This document shows positions 40,965-51,809 of a DNA stretch of 63,058 nucleotides, one piece after another (position 1 is the first letter of the stretch; each line of letters begins with the position of its first letter). A model generated the notes under the pieces. The model did no database searches. It saw only the letters and a program-made list of their open reading frames with translations, and was not told the DNA's origin. Where the stretch lies: NCBI GenBank assembly GCA_017993135.1, contig JAGONG010000003.1:1-63058 (forward strand). Direction: 5' to 3'. This DNA is from Brachymonas sp. Its GTDB lineage: Bacteria; Pseudomonadota; Gammaproteobacteria; Burkholderiales; Burkholderiaceae_C. Position numbers and translations under genes: made by a program.

Positions 40965-42238
40965 TAAATCACCGAGCCAAGTTTGAAGATGGGCAGGTAC
41001 AGGGCAACCACCATACCGCCAATCAAAACGCCAAGAATCACGATAATGATAGGCTCCATCAAACTGGAAATGCCTGCGACCATATCATCAACCTCTGCCT
41101 CGTAAAAGTCTGCCGCTTTGCCAAGCATATGGTCTAACGAACCAGACTCTTCACCAATGGTGGTCATTTGCAGCACCATTACGGGAAACAGACGCTGCGC
41201 AGTCATAGCCATAGACAGGCTCGTACCTTGCGAAACATCTTGTTGAATGCGTTTTGTACCCTCGGCAAAAACACTGTTACCCGCTGCACCACCCACCGAA
41301 TCAAGCGACTCAACCAAAGGCACACCTGCTGCAAACATGGTAGCCATGGTTCTGGTCCAACGTGCAATAGCTGACTTTTCTACCAAAGTTCCAAAAATAG
41401 GCATTTTCAAGAGCAGGCGATCCATGGTGCGCTGGACTTTCTCGTTGCGCTTCCATGCTTGCAAGAAAAAGTAGGCTCCAGCAACAGGAACACCCAGTAC
41501 GAGATACCAAAACTGGGTAAAAAACTCACTGATTGCAATAACAATCATGGTTGGTGCTGGCAATTCGGCACCAAATGATGCAAATACATCTTTAAATGCA
41601 GGCACCACGAAAAGCATAATCACTGTAACAACGACAAAAGCCACTACCAAAATAGCAACGGGATACATCAAAGCCGATTTAATCTTTCTTTTAATCGCTT
41701 CCGTTTTTTCCATATAGGTAGCCAAGCGATCCAGTAAACCTTCAAGAATACCCGCTTGCTCGCCCGCTTCAATCAGGTTGCAATACAGCGCATCAAAATA
41801 CATGGGGTATTTGCGGAATGCCTGATTGAGCGCCGTACCAGTTTCTACATCGCTTCTAAGTGCATTGAGCAAGCTGGTCATTTTCGGGTTTTCGCTCCCA
41901 CGCGCCACAATATCGAATGATTGCAGCAAAGGCACACCTGCCTTCATCATGGTAGAAAGCTGTCGGGTAAACAGGGCAATATCTTTTGGCTTGATTGACT
42001 TGCCAGCTTTCGTGCGCAGTTTCTTGATTTTAAGAACGCGAATACCTTGCCGCTGCAAGGTGTTACGCACAATGGCTTCCGAGGCAGCGCGAAGATCACC
42101 ACGAACTGCTTTGCCGTGCCTGTCTGTTCCTTGCCATTCAAACAAGAAGGTTTTAGGCTCGTTTTTAGATGGTTTGCGTGATGTTGCCGAGCTTTGGCCA
42201 GATCCGCGGCGGCTGCTTTTGCTTGGTGTAGTTGCCAT
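40964..42238 (-). CDS. pilC: Type IV pilus platform protein (T2SS F family)
   Basis: FTRQL.TMMKAGVPL, GEESGSLD, LYLPIF. Confidence 0.95.
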   Translation of the reverse strand: MATTPSKSSRRGSGQSSATSRKPSKNEPKTFLFEWQGTDRHGKAVRGDLRAASEAIVRNTLQRQGIRVLKIKKLRTKAGKSIKPKDIALFTRQLSTMMKAGVPLLQSFDIVARGSENPKMTSLLNALRSDVETGTALNQAFRKYPMYFDALYCNLIEAGEQAGILEGLLDRLATYMEKTEAIKRKIKSALMYPVAILVVAFVVVTVIMLFVVPAFKDVFASFGAELPAPTMIVIAISEFFTQFWYLVLGVPVAGAYFFLQAWKRNEKVQRTMDRLLLKMPIFGTLVEKSAIARWTRTMATMFAAGVPLVESLDSVGGAAGNSVFAEGTKRIQQDVSQGTSLSMAMTAQRLFPVMVLQMTTIGEESGSLDHMLGKAADFYEAEVDDMVAGISSLMEPIIIVILGVLIGGMVVALYLPIFKLGSVI

Positions 42239-42274
42239 AATGTCACCTAATTCCAATAAAAATACATTAAAACA

Positions 42275-44062
42275 TTATTCGTTAGTTACAGCCAGCACTT
42301 CTTCCAATGAAGTTAGCCCCTGTATAACCTTTTGCAAACCAGACTGGCGCAAATTACGAACGCCTTCGCGTTCTGATTGCATAGCAATATCGAGTGCACT
42401 ACCATCTGCCAGAATGATTTTTTGAATTTCCTCGGTAATAGGCATTACCTGATAAATACCAACCCGCCCTTTATAACCATTATTGCAGGCTTCGCAGCCA
42501 ACGGCTTTGTAGGGCTGCCAAGAGCCATCAAGCTGGCTCTCGGTAAAACCTGCATCAAGCAGTGCATTGCGTGGAACTTCTGTTGGAGCCTTGCACTTTG
42601 TACACAAGCGGCGCGCCAATCGTTGCGCAGTAATTAAAATAACGCTGGAAGCGATATTGAACGGCGCTACGCCCATATTGCGCAGGCGCGTTAGCGTGGT
42701 TGGTGCATCATTGGTGTGCAAGGTAGATAGCACCATATGGCCTGTTTGCGCGGCCTTAATGGCAATATCAGCCGTTTCCAAGTCACGGATTTCACCCACC
42801 ATGATAATGTCTGGGTCTTGGCGCAGAAACGACTTTAGAGCAGCAGCAAAAGTGAGTCCAGCTTTATCATTAACGTTAACCTGGTTAATTCCAGGCATAT
42901 TTATTTCCGCAGGGTCTTCCGCAGTTGCAATATTTACGCCAGGTGCATTAAGCAGATTCAGGCAGCTATAAAGCGAAACAGTTTTACCCGAGCCAGTTGG
43001 GCCAGTTACCAAAATCATGCCATAGGGGCGATAAATGGCTTTAATCAGGCGCTCTTTTTCAATGGCATCGTAGCCCAATGCATCAATACCCATGCGTGCG
43101 CTGCTCGGGTCAAGAATACGAATAACCACTTTTTCGCCAAAGAGCGTAGGCAGGGTGCTGACGCGAAAATCGATGGTTTTTTCAGGGCTGAGCCTGAGCT
43201 TCATGCGGCCGTCTTGCGGAACCCGCTTTTCAGATATATCAAGCTTGGATAAAACCTTGATGCGCGAGGCCAAGCGGTCTTTAATAGCTGGTGGCGCAGT
43301 GGCTATCTCGCGCAATTCACCATCAATGCGAAAGCGTACGCGGTAGCTAAACTCATAAGGCTCAAAGTGCAAGTCGGATGCGCGCATATTGATGGCATCG
43401 ACCAGCATTTTGTGGAAAAACCGCACGACTGGCGCATCATCTGAATCAATTTTGCCGCCGTCTTCGTCGTTTTTGGCAGCTTCATCATCGACTGATGTGA
43501 TGTCGTCAAAATTAAAGTCACCGCCCGCAGTGAGCTTTTCGAGGCTTTCATTGGCACTTGCACCGAGCTCAGTCAACGTGGCTATGAGTTTGGGGTATTC
43601 AACTACCACCCAGTCAATTGGTAACTGGATGGCAAACTTCATTTTTTTCGCTGCAATTTGGTCGCCTGGGTCTGCCGTAGCCACAATCAGACGGCCACTT
43701 TTCCTTGACAGTGGCAACAACTTGCACTCGGCAGCCAGTTTGAAGTCGATTAGGTTTTTATTGAATTTGGTTTTGTCTATGGCGCTGATGTCTAGCAGTG
43801 GCATAGCAAAGGTTTGCGCCAAAGTGTAGGCAATTTCGGCTGAGTCAATGAGCCCTGCTGCTATGACTTCGGCAATGAAATTGCTTTTTTTCTGCAGGGT
43901 TTGCTGCATGATTTCAACTGCTTTGGCTTCGGCAATTTTGCCTTGCTGAACCAGTACGCGTGCAACAGGCGAGAGGCTGCTATTACTGGATGCGTCTAGA
44001 GTAGATGGTTCGGTGACAGACATGGATAGATAAACCTGATTAAGCTGTTCAAGCATTGGCAC
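42275..44062 (-). CDS. pilB: Type IV pilus assembly ATPase
   Basis: TGPTGSGKT, LRQDPD, TLHTND, Cys4 zinc motif; start may instead be ATG 44023. Confidence 0.96.
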   Translation of the reverse strand: MPMLEQLNQVYLSMSVTEPSTLDASSNSSLSPVARVLVQQGKIAEAKAVEIMQQTLQKKSNFIAEVIAAGLIDSAEIAYTLAQTFAMPLLDISAIDKTKFNKNLIDFKLAAECKLLPLSRKSGRLIVATADPGDQIAAKKMKFAIQLPIDWVVVEYPKLIATLTELGASANESLEKLTAGGDFNFDDITSVDDEAAKNDEDGGKIDSDDAPVVRFFHKMLVDAINMRASDLHFEPYEFSYRVRFRIDGELREIATAPPAIKDRLASRIKVLSKLDISEKRVPQDGRMKLRLSPEKTIDFRVSTLPTLFGEKVVIRILDPSSARMGIDALGYDAIEKERLIKAIYRPYGMILVTGPTGSGKTVSLYSCLNLLNAPGVNIATAEDPAEINMPGINQVNVNDKAGLTFAAALKSFLRQDPDIIMVGEIRDLETADIAIKAAQTGHMVLSTLHTNDAPTTLTRLRNMGVAPFNIASSVILITAQRLARRLCTKCKAPTEVPRNALLDAGFTESQLDGSWQPYKAVGCEACNNGYKGRVGIYQVMPITEEIQKIILADGSALDIAMQSEREGVRNLRQSGLQKVIQGLTSLEEVLAVTNE

Positions 44063-44703
44063 ATTTTCTTGCCAATACGGTTAGGTACAAACGTATCGTG
44101 CGCAAGCAGCATCGTGCTAAAGCTGTTGTATTGTAGTTTAGCGGTCTAAACAGGTATTTTTGGGGTTCTTGGTTTTAAATGGGAATAATTTTAGGATAGG
44201 AATCTGCAATCCACTACAAGATAGCCACTACTGTTGCCAAGGGCTATGGTTGCTATTTCTTCTATTTCGGGTGTTAATCCTATAGCGATATATGTGTATA
44301 TTTTGGCTATTCTCAGTGCAAATATCACATATATGCACGAAATATCGCGCAACTGCCCGAGATTGCGTGCGCGAGCAAAGCCAGCGCAGAGCTTCCATCC
44401 CCTGCCCAACGCGTCAGCCCTGTAGCCGCGCTTTAGCCAGCCGCAGCATGCGTGCGCTTCGCAGTTGCAGTGCAATGGTTAGCTACTGGCAGGGCAGGGC
44501 TGCTGCGCCATGCCTGTGCGTCATTCATTGGCTCGCAAGATGGCGGCTGCAATCAAGGCGAGGGCAGCTTGGCAATACAATCCACCTTGCCATTTGCTTT
44601 GCCAGACGTAGAGCCACAGCCCGCACACAATGCGTATTGCTTGCGTGTGCTGTTAGCGCACAGGGCGGGCATAGATGGATGTATTGCTAATCAGGGGTTT
44701 AGG

Positions 44704-45759
44704 ATGATTTTCGTCACAGGCGGCGCTGGCTTTATTGGGAGCAATTTTGTGCTTGACTGGCTTGCCCAGTCTGATGAGCCTGTTGTCAATCTCGACAAAC
44801 TCACCTATGCAGGCAATATCCTGAACCTGAGCAGCTTGCAAAATGACACGCGCCACACCTTTGTGCAAGGCGACTTGTGCGATAACCAGCTCATTGCCCA
44901 TCTGCTGGCTGAACACCGCCCGCGTGCCATTTTGCACTTTGCGGCAGAAAGCCATGTAGACCGCTCCATCCGCGCCCCAGAAGACTTCATCCAGACCAAC
45001 ATCGTAGGCACTTTCCGCCTGCTCGAATCTGCGCGCGCCTACTGGGGCACACTCGCCGAGCCAGAGCAATCCGCCTTTCGCTTTTTGCACATCAGCACCG
45101 ACGAAGTCTATGGCAGCTTGCTCCCAAGCGCGCCTGCCTTTGCCGAAACAAATCCCTACGCACCAAGCAGCCCCTACAGCGCGAGCAAAGCCGCCAGCGA
45201 CCATCTCGTGCGCGCCTGGCACCACACCTATGGCCTGCCTGTACTCATCACCAACTGCTCCAACAACTACGGGCCCTACCATTTCCCCGAAAAACTCATC
45301 CCGCTAATCATCAGCAACGCTTTGGCGGGCAAAGCACTGCCCATCTATGGCGACGGCCAGCAAGTGCGCGACTGGCTCTACGTCAAAGACCACTGCAGCG
45401 CCATTCGCCGCGTGCTTCAAGCTGGGCAGATGGGGCAAACCTACAACATTGGCGGCGGTAGTGAAAAAACCAACCTTGCAATCGTGCAACACATCTGCGC
45501 ATTGCTTGATGCGCTACGCCCCAAAGCCGATGGCAGCAGCTACAGCACCCAAATCACCCACATCCCCGACCGCCCTGGCCACGACCGCCGCTATGCCATA
45601 GACGCACGCAAAATCGAGCGCGAACTAGGCTGGAAGCCCGCAGAAACCTTTGAGACTGGCATCCGCAAAACCGTGCAATGGTATCTGGACAACCCCCAAT
45701 GGGTAGCCAGCGTGCAAAGCGGCACCTACCATGACTGGGTTAGCCAGCAATACCAATGA
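44704..45759 (+). CDS. rfbB: dTDP-glucose 4,6-dehydratase
   Basis: [37 protein letters not shown]; start ATG 44704. Confidence 0.97.
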   Translation: MIFVTGGAGFIGSNFVLDWLAQSDEPVVNLDKLTYAGNILNLSSLQNDTRHTFVQGDLCDNQLIAHLLAEHRPRAILHFAAESHVDRSIRAPEDFIQTNIVGTFRLLESARAYWGTLAEPEQSAFRFLHISTDEVYGSLLPSAPAFAETNPYAPSSPYSASKAASDHLVRAWHHTYGLPVLITNCSNNYGPYHFPEKLIPLIISNALAGKALPIYGDGQQVRDWLYVKDHCSAIRRVLQAGQMGQTYNIGGGSEKTNLAIVQHICALLDALRPKADGSSYSTQITHIPDRPGHDRRYAIDARKIERELGWKPAETFETGIRKTVQWYLDNPQWVASVQSGTYHDWVSQQYQ

Positions 45760-46637
45760 ACATGCAGCTAACACGCAAAGGCATCATTTTGGCTGGGGGC
45801 TCGGGCAGCCGCCTGTATCCTGCTACACACGCCGTCAGCAAGCAGCTCATGCCCGTGTACGACAAGCCCATGGTGTACTACCCCTTGAGCACTTTAATGC
45901 TCAGTGGCATCCGCGAAGTGCTCCTCATCAGCACCCCGCAAGACACCCCCAGATTTGCCGACTTGCTGGGCAATGGCGCACAGTGGGGCATGCACATCCA
46001 ATACGCCGTGCAACCCAGCCCCGGCGGGCTAGCCCAAGCCTTTACCATTGGCAAAGACTTTATCGGCAAGCACCCCAGCGCATTGGTGCTGGGCGACAAC
46101 ATCTTCTACGGCCACGACCTGGTCAAACAACTGCAAAAAGCCAACCAACAAGAAAGCGGCGCTAGCGTATTTGCCTACCATGTGCACGACCCCGAGCGCT
46201 ATGGCGTAGTCACGTTTGACGCGCAGCAACGCGCCATCAGCATAGAAGAAAAGCCCTTGCAGCCCCAAAGCAACTACGCAATCACTGGCCTGTATTTTTA
46301 CGACCAGCAAGTGTGCGACATTGCAGCAGACATTAAGCCATCAGCACGCGGCGAGCTTGAAATCACCGACATCAACCAACGCTACTTGCTGCAAGGGCAA
46401 TTAAACGTTGAAATCATGGGGCGCGGCTACGCTTGGCTCGACACAGGCACGCACGACAGCTTGCTCGAAGCCGCCAGCTTCATCGCCACCTTGCAAAAAC
46501 GCCAAGGCCTGCAAGTAGCCTGCCCCGAAGAAATAGCCTTTCGCCAGGGTTGGATTACCGCCGAACAACTGCAAGCCTTGGCCAGCCCGCTAAAGAAAAA
46601 CAGATACGGGCAATACCTGCTTGAGCTGTTAAAATAA
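45756..46637 (+). CDS. rfbA: Glucose-1-phosphate thymidylyltransferase
   Basis: [26 protein letters not shown]. Confidence 0.97.
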   Translation: MNMQLTRKGIILAGGSGSRLYPATHAVSKQLMPVYDKPMVYYPLSTLMLSGIREVLLISTPQDTPRFADLLGNGAQWGMHIQYAVQPSPGGLAQAFTIGKDFIGKHPSALVLGDNIFYGHDLVKQLQKANQQESGASVFAYHVHDPERYGVVTFDAQQRAISIEEKPLQPQSNYAITGLYFYDQQVCDIAADIKPSARGELEITDINQRYLLQGQLNVEIMGRGYAWLDTGTHDSLLEAASFIATLQKRQGLQVACPEEIAFRQGWITAEQLQALASPLKKNRYGQYLLELLK

Positions 46638-46754
46638 AAAACATTCGAAAATTTCAAAAACAAAATAGAGTTAAATTGCCATCAAAATATTTTTATTGAT
46701 ACAAGCAACTGAGCCAAACATCCATCTTGTTAAATTCCAAATCAATATCTCATC

Positions 46755-47051
46755 ATGAAAAACAACACAATGATTGCCCACGTCGTTATGTGGAATTTAA
46801 AAAACAGTGCCGATGCCAACCATGTCAAGCAACTGGTTGAAAGTTGCAGCCATGTAGTGCCAGGCACTATTACATTTCAGGTTGGCATAAAAACCGAAGG
46901 GCTTGAAGCCAATGCCGATGTGGTACTTTATTCTGTATTTAAAGACAAAGCTAGCTTGCAAGCGTACCAAAACCACCCGCAACATGAGGCAATAAAGCCT
47001 CAAATAGCAGCACTGCGCTCAGGCCGCACCGTGTTGGATTACGAAATATAA
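46755..47051 (+). CDS. Dabb (stress-responsive A/B barrel) family protein
   Basis: I.HVVMW, AY..HP.H, DYE C-terminus. Confidence 0.85.
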   Translation: MKNNTMIAHVVMWNLKNSADANHVKQLVESCSHVVPGTITFQVGIKTEGLEANADVVLYSVFKDKASLQAYQNHPQHEAIKPQIAALRSGRTVLDYEI

Positions 47052-47071
47052 AACCCGCTTTGTTATAAAAA

Positions 47072-47824
47072 TCAAGGCTGTATAGATAATCTACTGCTAC
47101 CGCGCTTCACGCCTGTATAATAAACGCTCTGCGCTGGCAATTCTTCTGCTTTACCTGTTTGCTTGTAGCGTGATACAAATGAGCGATAAATTCCGTATTT
47201 AAAATATACGCGCTCTGCGCTCATAGTTGCGCCTTGGTAATCTGCTTTAATAGCACCATCAACCCATACTTTTAAAAATCCGTCATTGTTTTTTGACCAA
47301 TGGGCGTGCACTTCAACCTTATGCCATTTTCCGCGTAAATCATTTTCATCCACAAGCTGAAACTTATCCTTTAAGCCTTCAGCCAAATTGTTTTTCAGCC
47401 AATATCCGCCGCTGCCATTTTCAAACATCCATGCAGGGCGTGCATTTTGCTGATGAAATTGCCCAAGAGTAACTTTGGCTGGAAATATATTTTTATAATC
47501 TTGCGGAAAATAAATATACCAGCCATACCAATACGTATCGCCGTTTTTTTGGTCTTTGTTTATTTGCGTTAATTCACTGCGCTCGCGGTCATTGCTTGCG
47601 TCGTCATACCACGCATCTTTGCCCGCGTCGCCTGCGCGCACTTCAAAAGCCTCTATTTCTTTGCAGGGTGCTGCGCCTGTAAAGTCTGCAAGCAGGCGAT
47701 AGCCGTGCTCGGTCGCATTAAGTGACCTGCGAAACTCGCCAAATGTGCCACGCCCAGCAGCCCAGCAAGGCGCAAAGTGCAGCGCCAATGCCGCTAGCAG
47801 CGCTGAAAAAGCAAAAGATTGCAT
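47072..47824 (-). CDS. Exported polysaccharide lyase / heparin lyase I-like jelly-roll protein
   Basis: Signal peptide; RERSEL, YWYGW.IYFP, LGQFH, G.LKVWVDG, YFKYGIYR. Confidence 0.72.
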   Translation of the reverse strand: MQSFAFSALLAALALHFAPCWAAGRGTFGEFRRSLNATEHGYRLLADFTGAAPCKEIEAFEVRAGDAGKDAWYDDASNDRERSELTQINKDQKNGDTYWYGWYIYFPQDYKNIFPAKVTLGQFHQQNARPAWMFENGSGGYWLKNNLAEGLKDKFQLVDENDLRGKWHKVEVHAHWSKNNDGFLKVWVDGAIKADYQGATMSAERVYFKYGIYRSFVSRYKQTGKAEELPAQSVYYTGVKRGSSRLSIQP

Positions 47825-48089
47825 CAGTTTTTCACTTTGTGCTGTAAAAGTTCAGGCTAAAAAAAAGCCATCAAAAGGCTTGCAGGGCAGTGCAAGCAAA
47901 GAGCCCCCATTATGTTTCCTCCCTCAAGCCTGCTGTGCGCCATGCCATACTTTTTTAGCTTGTTTTTACCAAGCAAGCAGGTGGCAAACTGCTATTTATC
48001 ACCGCTATAATCACACCAGTTTTTTCGTGAACCATTGATTTACCGCCTGGCGTTAGCGCAGGCGGTTTTCTTTATTGGAGTTGCCTTTT

Positions 48090-48566
48090 ATGACGACCAT
48101 ACCTATTACCATTCGCGGCGCTGAAAAACTCAAAGAAGAGTTGCAGCGCCTTAAAAGCAAAGATCGCCATGAAGTTATCAACGCCATTGCCGAAGCAAGG
48201 GCGCAGGGCGATTTGAGCGAAAACGCCGAATACGAAGCCGCCAAAGACCGCCAAGGCTTTATCGAAGGGCGCATCAAGGAGATTGAAGGCAAGCTCTCCA
48301 GCGCACAGATTATTGACCCCAGCACGCTGGATGCGGGCGGGCGCGTGGTGTTTGGCGCTACGGTTGAGCTTGAAGACGAAGACTCTGGCGATACGGTAAC
48401 GTACCAGATTGTGGGCGAAGACGAAGCCGACCTGAAACTTGGCCTCATCAACATCAGCAGCCCAATTGCCCGCGCACTGATTGGCAAAGAAGCAGGCGAA
48501 ACAGCCGTGGTGCAAGCCCCTGCTGGTGCACGCTCGTATGAGATTGTGGATGTGCGCTACCTGTAA
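48090..48566 (+). CDS. greA: Transcription elongation factor
   Basis: [32 protein letters not shown]. Confidence 0.97.
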   Translation: MTTIPITIRGAEKLKEELQRLKSKDRHEVINAIAEARAQGDLSENAEYEAAKDRQGFIEGRIKEIEGKLSSAQIIDPSTLDAGGRVVFGATVELEDEDSGDTVTYQIVGEDEADLKLGLINISSPIARALIGKEAGETAVVQAPAGARSYEIVDVRYL

Positions 48567-48596
48567 AAAAGCGCCGCACACAGGCAATCTATAAAC

Positions 48597-48634
48597 AAGC
48601 AATGGCGCAACGATACAGCGCCATTGCTTTTTTT
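48597..48634 (+). terminator. Rho-independent terminator after greA
   Basis: aagcaatggcgc-N9-gcgccattgctt followed by a T run. Confidence 0.8.
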
Positions 48635-48696
48635 GTGTGCAGGCACATCGTATTTCCAACGCACATCCTTGGCTAGCCTTCTTGCGAGCCTTCATG

Positions 48697-48771
48697 CCGT
48701 CATTCCCGCGCAGGCGGGAATCCATGCCTACAAGGTGCGCTGCTGTAGATTGCTGCCTAGGCGGGAATGGC
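48697..48771. repeat. REP doublet (ATTCCC-N8-GGGAAT class)
   Basis: cgtcattcccgcgcaggcgggaatcca plus a degenerate inverted partner at 48746-48771. Confidence 0.75.
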
Positions 48772-48818
48772 TGAATTCGAGTGCATTTTTGTCCGCAATC
48801 AGAATTGCAGCCCCTGCG

Positions 48819-49967
48819 CTACACCTCTATAAGCGCATAAGCCAGCGGCTGCAATTGCAAGGCAAGCCCTGTGGCGCTGCCCAGCCGCAAAGTTGCCGCG
48901 CCTTGTGCTATGGCCTGCGCCGCGCTATTTTGCAGGCAAACAATTGCTGCCACATGCCCCGATGGGTGTATCGCCACTTGCACAATCTGCCCGCATTCTT
49001 CTGGGGTTTGCTCTGTTGGCGCACTGTCTAGCGGCACACTCCACACAGGCATGGCAACGGCGGGCATAGTAGTAGCAGGCATTTCTGCATTGCTGGCGGC
49101 AAAACCGTTTGCCACATACGCCCGCCGCTTGATAGCGCCGCGAAACTGGCTACGCGCCACCACTTCTTGCCCGGGATAGCAGCCTTTTTTAAAGCTGACC
49201 CCACCCACGCTTTCAAAATTCAACATTTGCGGCACAAAGGCATCGCTATTGGCTTGCTCAATGGTAGCCACGCCGCCGCATACTTCAGCATATTGCCAGT
49301 CTGCCAAAGTGCCAATTGCGCCTGCGGGCGGGGGCAAATGGCGTGCTTGCACACACAGGGCGCGGGGCAGGGCAGGATGGGGCGGCAAGTTGGCAGGGTA
49401 GAGCCAGACCAGCAATCTGCTTGCTGGCGTGGCTGTGTCTGCATCTGCGACGGCATCTGCCACCACCTGCTGGCGCAAAGCCGACCAAGGCGCATTGGCT
49501 AGCGGCTCGGCTAAAGGCTCAGTCTGCGCGCCAGCTTGTCCTTGCCAGTGTGTTTGCGCCGCTTCGCCCAGCAAGCCATACACAGCCACATCGTCGCTGG
49601 CATCTTCAATCTGCACCTTGCTGCGCAGCACAAACATTTTCAGGCGTTTGATAGTGGCGGCAAGCAAATCGGCACGGCACAGCAACAGGTAGCTGCTCTC
49701 GGGCGTGCTGTTTTGTTCGCGCACCAGTTCACGCACCAGCACAAAGCTCGCCAGCATACGCCCTTGGGCGCTGCACCATGCAGCCAGCCGCGCTTGGGTG
49801 TCAGACAGTTGTTTTACATCGTTGCTGAGTTGTGCGTGCAAGAAAGCAGTGGCATCAGCACCGCTTACGCGTATTGCGCCCCAATTGCTCTCAGGGCTGG
49901 CCAGCGCCCCGAGCAAGGGCACAACGCCTGAAGGTACGCTAGCATAGGTAAAAGCACTTGTTTGCAT
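48819..49967 (-). CDS. ygfZ: Folate-binding Fe-S repair protein
   Basis: KKGCYPGQEVVAR motif; start ATG 49967 or GTG 49979. Confidence 0.92.
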   Translation of the reverse strand: MQTSAFTYASVPSGVVPLLGALASPESNWGAIRVSGADATAFLHAQLSNDVKQLSDTQARLAAWCSAQGRMLASFVLVRELVREQNSTPESSYLLLCRADLLAATIKRLKMFVLRSKVQIEDASDDVAVYGLLGEAAQTHWQGQAGAQTEPLAEPLANAPWSALRQQVVADAVADADTATPASRLLVWLYPANLPPHPALPRALCVQARHLPPPAGAIGTLADWQYAEVCGGVATIEQANSDAFVPQMLNFESVGGVSFKKGCYPGQEVVARSQFRGAIKRRAYVANGFAASNAEMPATTMPAVAMPVWSVPLDSAPTEQTPEECGQIVQVAIHPSGHVAAIVCLQNSAAQAIAQGAATLRLGSATGLALQLQPLAYALIEV

Positions 49968-50061
49968 GATTTGAAACACCAGAAAATTACAGCCGCCTTT
50001 TCAGGGCAAGGGTAGATTATGATTCTGCCAATATACAAGATTGATTGCCAAAGGGGTTGAA

Positions 50062-51066
50062 GTGCGTCGTTATACCAAATATCTGCTGATTGGCATGACT
50101 GTATTTGTCATCCTGCCCGCTACCAGCGTGTGGTGGTGGGCAAACCAGCCTTTGCAGACTAGCAAAAATGTGCTGGAGCTTACCGTTGATGAGGGCGATA
50201 GCGCCGAAACTATCACCCGCAAGGTAGTAGCCGCAGGCGTGCAAAACTCGCCTACGCTGCTAGGCTGGTGGCTATCGTGGACGGGACAATCGCGCAACTT
50301 CAAAGAAGGCAGCTACGAAATCCGCAAAACCGACACCCCCGCCATCTTGCTACGCAAGCTCGTGCGCGGCGAATTTGGGCTTCGTAAACTGCGCATTGGC
50401 GAAGGCTGGAACATCCGCCAAGTGCGCGCCGCCCTGCGCCGTGCAGAGGGATTAAAACACGACAGCGCAGGCATGAGCGAAGCCAAGCTGCTGCAAGAGC
50501 TTGACCTGCATGAAGACTCGCTTGAAGGCATGTTCTTCCCCGATACCTACAAATACGCCCGCAACACGTCCGACTTGGACATCTTGCGGCTCGCCAGCCA
50601 AACCATGCAGCGCAAACTCGAAGCCGCATGGCAAAGCCGCGCCAGTGACCTGCCCCTGCAAACCCCCTACGACTTGCTCAAACTCGCCAGCATCGTAGAA
50701 AAAGAAACAGGCCACGGCCCCGACCGCCCACTGGTAGCCGCAGCCATGGTCAATCGCCTGAAAATCAATATGCGCCTGCAAACCGACCCCACCGTCATCT
50801 ACGGCATGGGCGAGCGTTACAACGGCAACATCACCCGTGCCGACCTGCAACGCGACACCCCCTACAACACCTACACCCGCGCAGGCCTGCCACCCACGCC
50901 CATCGCCATGCCCAGCGAAGCAGCTCTGGCCGCAGCCGCCAACCCTGCCGACAGCAACGCCCTGTACTTTGTAGCGCGGGGCGACGGCACGGGCAGCAGC
51001 GAATTTAGCGACAACCTGCCAGCGCATAATCGTGCGGTGCAAAAATTTATTCTTAAAAAACAATAA
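50062..51066 (+). CDS. mltG: Endolytic murein transglycosylase
   Basis: EG.FFPDTY, LASIVEKETG, LQTDPTV.YG, YNTY...GLPPTPI; likely GTG start 50062. Confidence 0.95.
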   Translation: MRRYTKYLLIGMTVFVILPATSVWWWANQPLQTSKNVLELTVDEGDSAETITRKVVAAGVQNSPTLLGWWLSWTGQSRNFKEGSYEIRKTDTPAILLRKLVRGEFGLRKLRIGEGWNIRQVRAALRRAEGLKHDSAGMSEAKLLQELDLHEDSLEGMFFPDTYKYARNTSDLDILRLASQTMQRKLEAAWQSRASDLPLQTPYDLLKLASIVEKETGHGPDRPLVAAAMVNRLKINMRLQTDPTVIYGMGERYNGNITRADLQRDTPYNTYTRAGLPPTPIAMPSEAALAAAANPADSNALYFVARGDGTGSSEFSDNLPAHNRAVQKFILKKQ

Positions 51067-51086
51067 AACCAGCAAAGCCACGCAAT

Positions 51087-51809
51087 ATGCCACCCGTTTC
51101 AACAATCGCACCAGCGAACATTCAACCAACCAGCGGCGGCCTGTTTATCAGCTTTGAAGGCATAGACGGCGCAGGCAAAACCACTTATATCGCGCCCTTG
51201 CAAGCTGCTTTTGCAGCGCAGGGCAGGGCGGTGCTGTGCAGCCGCGAGCCAGGCGGCACGCCGCTGGCAGAAGCATTGCGCGCGCTATTGCTCAAACAAG
51301 GCATGGACGGGCTTACCGAAGCCCTGCTCATGTTTGCAGCCCGCCGCGACCACGTGCGCCAAGTCATAGCCCCTGCACTGGCGCGGGGCGAAGTCGTGCT
51401 GTGCGACCGCTTTGCCGATGCCTCGTTTGCCTACCAAGGTGGCGGGCGCGGTTTTGATTGGGCTACGCTGCAAAGTATCGAGCATATGGTGCTGGCGCAA
51501 TCCGCACCAACCTCGCCCAACGGGACTAACTGTGGCAGTGGCGCCAACGATTGCACCACCTTGCTGCAACCCGACCTCACTTTCTGGTTCGATTTGCCTG
51601 CCGCCACCGCCGCACAACGCATAGCAGGCCGCCAAGCTGCCGACAGGTTTGAAGCCGAATCCGAAGCATTTTTCAACCGCGTAGCCGCCGCCTACGCCCG
51701 CCGTGCCGCCGAAGCACCGCAGCGCATTGTGCGCATTGATGCAGCCCAATCGCCCGAAAACGTGTGGCAACAAATCCAAACCACCCTGCAACAGCGAGGC
51801 TGGCTGTGA
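51087..51809 (+). CDS. tmk: Thymidylate kinase
   Basis: EGIDGAGKTT, REPGGT, CDRF. Confidence 0.96.
   Translation: MPPVSTIAPANIQPTSGGLFISFEGIDGAGKTTYIAPLQAAFAAQGRAVLCSREPGGTPLAEALRALLLKQGMDGLTEALLMFAARRDHVRQVIAPALARGEVVLCDRFADASFAYQGGGRGFDWATLQSIEHMVLAQSAPTSPNGTNCGSGANDCTTLLQPDLTFWFDLPAATAAQRIAGRQAADRFEAESEAFFNRVAAAYARRAAEAPQRIVRIDAAQSPENVWQQIQTTLQQRGWL

Noticed and set aside
44191-44475. 94-aa minus-strand ORF upstream of pilB
   Set aside because: TTG start, mixed composition and no recognisable family
44468-44500. JUMPstart-like CAGTGCAATGGTTAGCTA upstream of rfbB
   Set aside because: The ops core GGCGGTAG is missing; probably chance similarity
44452-44703. N-terminal ORF-track extensions (rfbB; likewise yciB, PPIase, cobJ, lysE)
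   Set aside because: Family homology starts at downstream ATGs; the extensions are non-conserved or overlap neighbouring genes
48072-48725. 217-aa minus-strand ORF starting MDSRLRGND
   Set aside because: The start is a translated REP and the rest is antisense to greA
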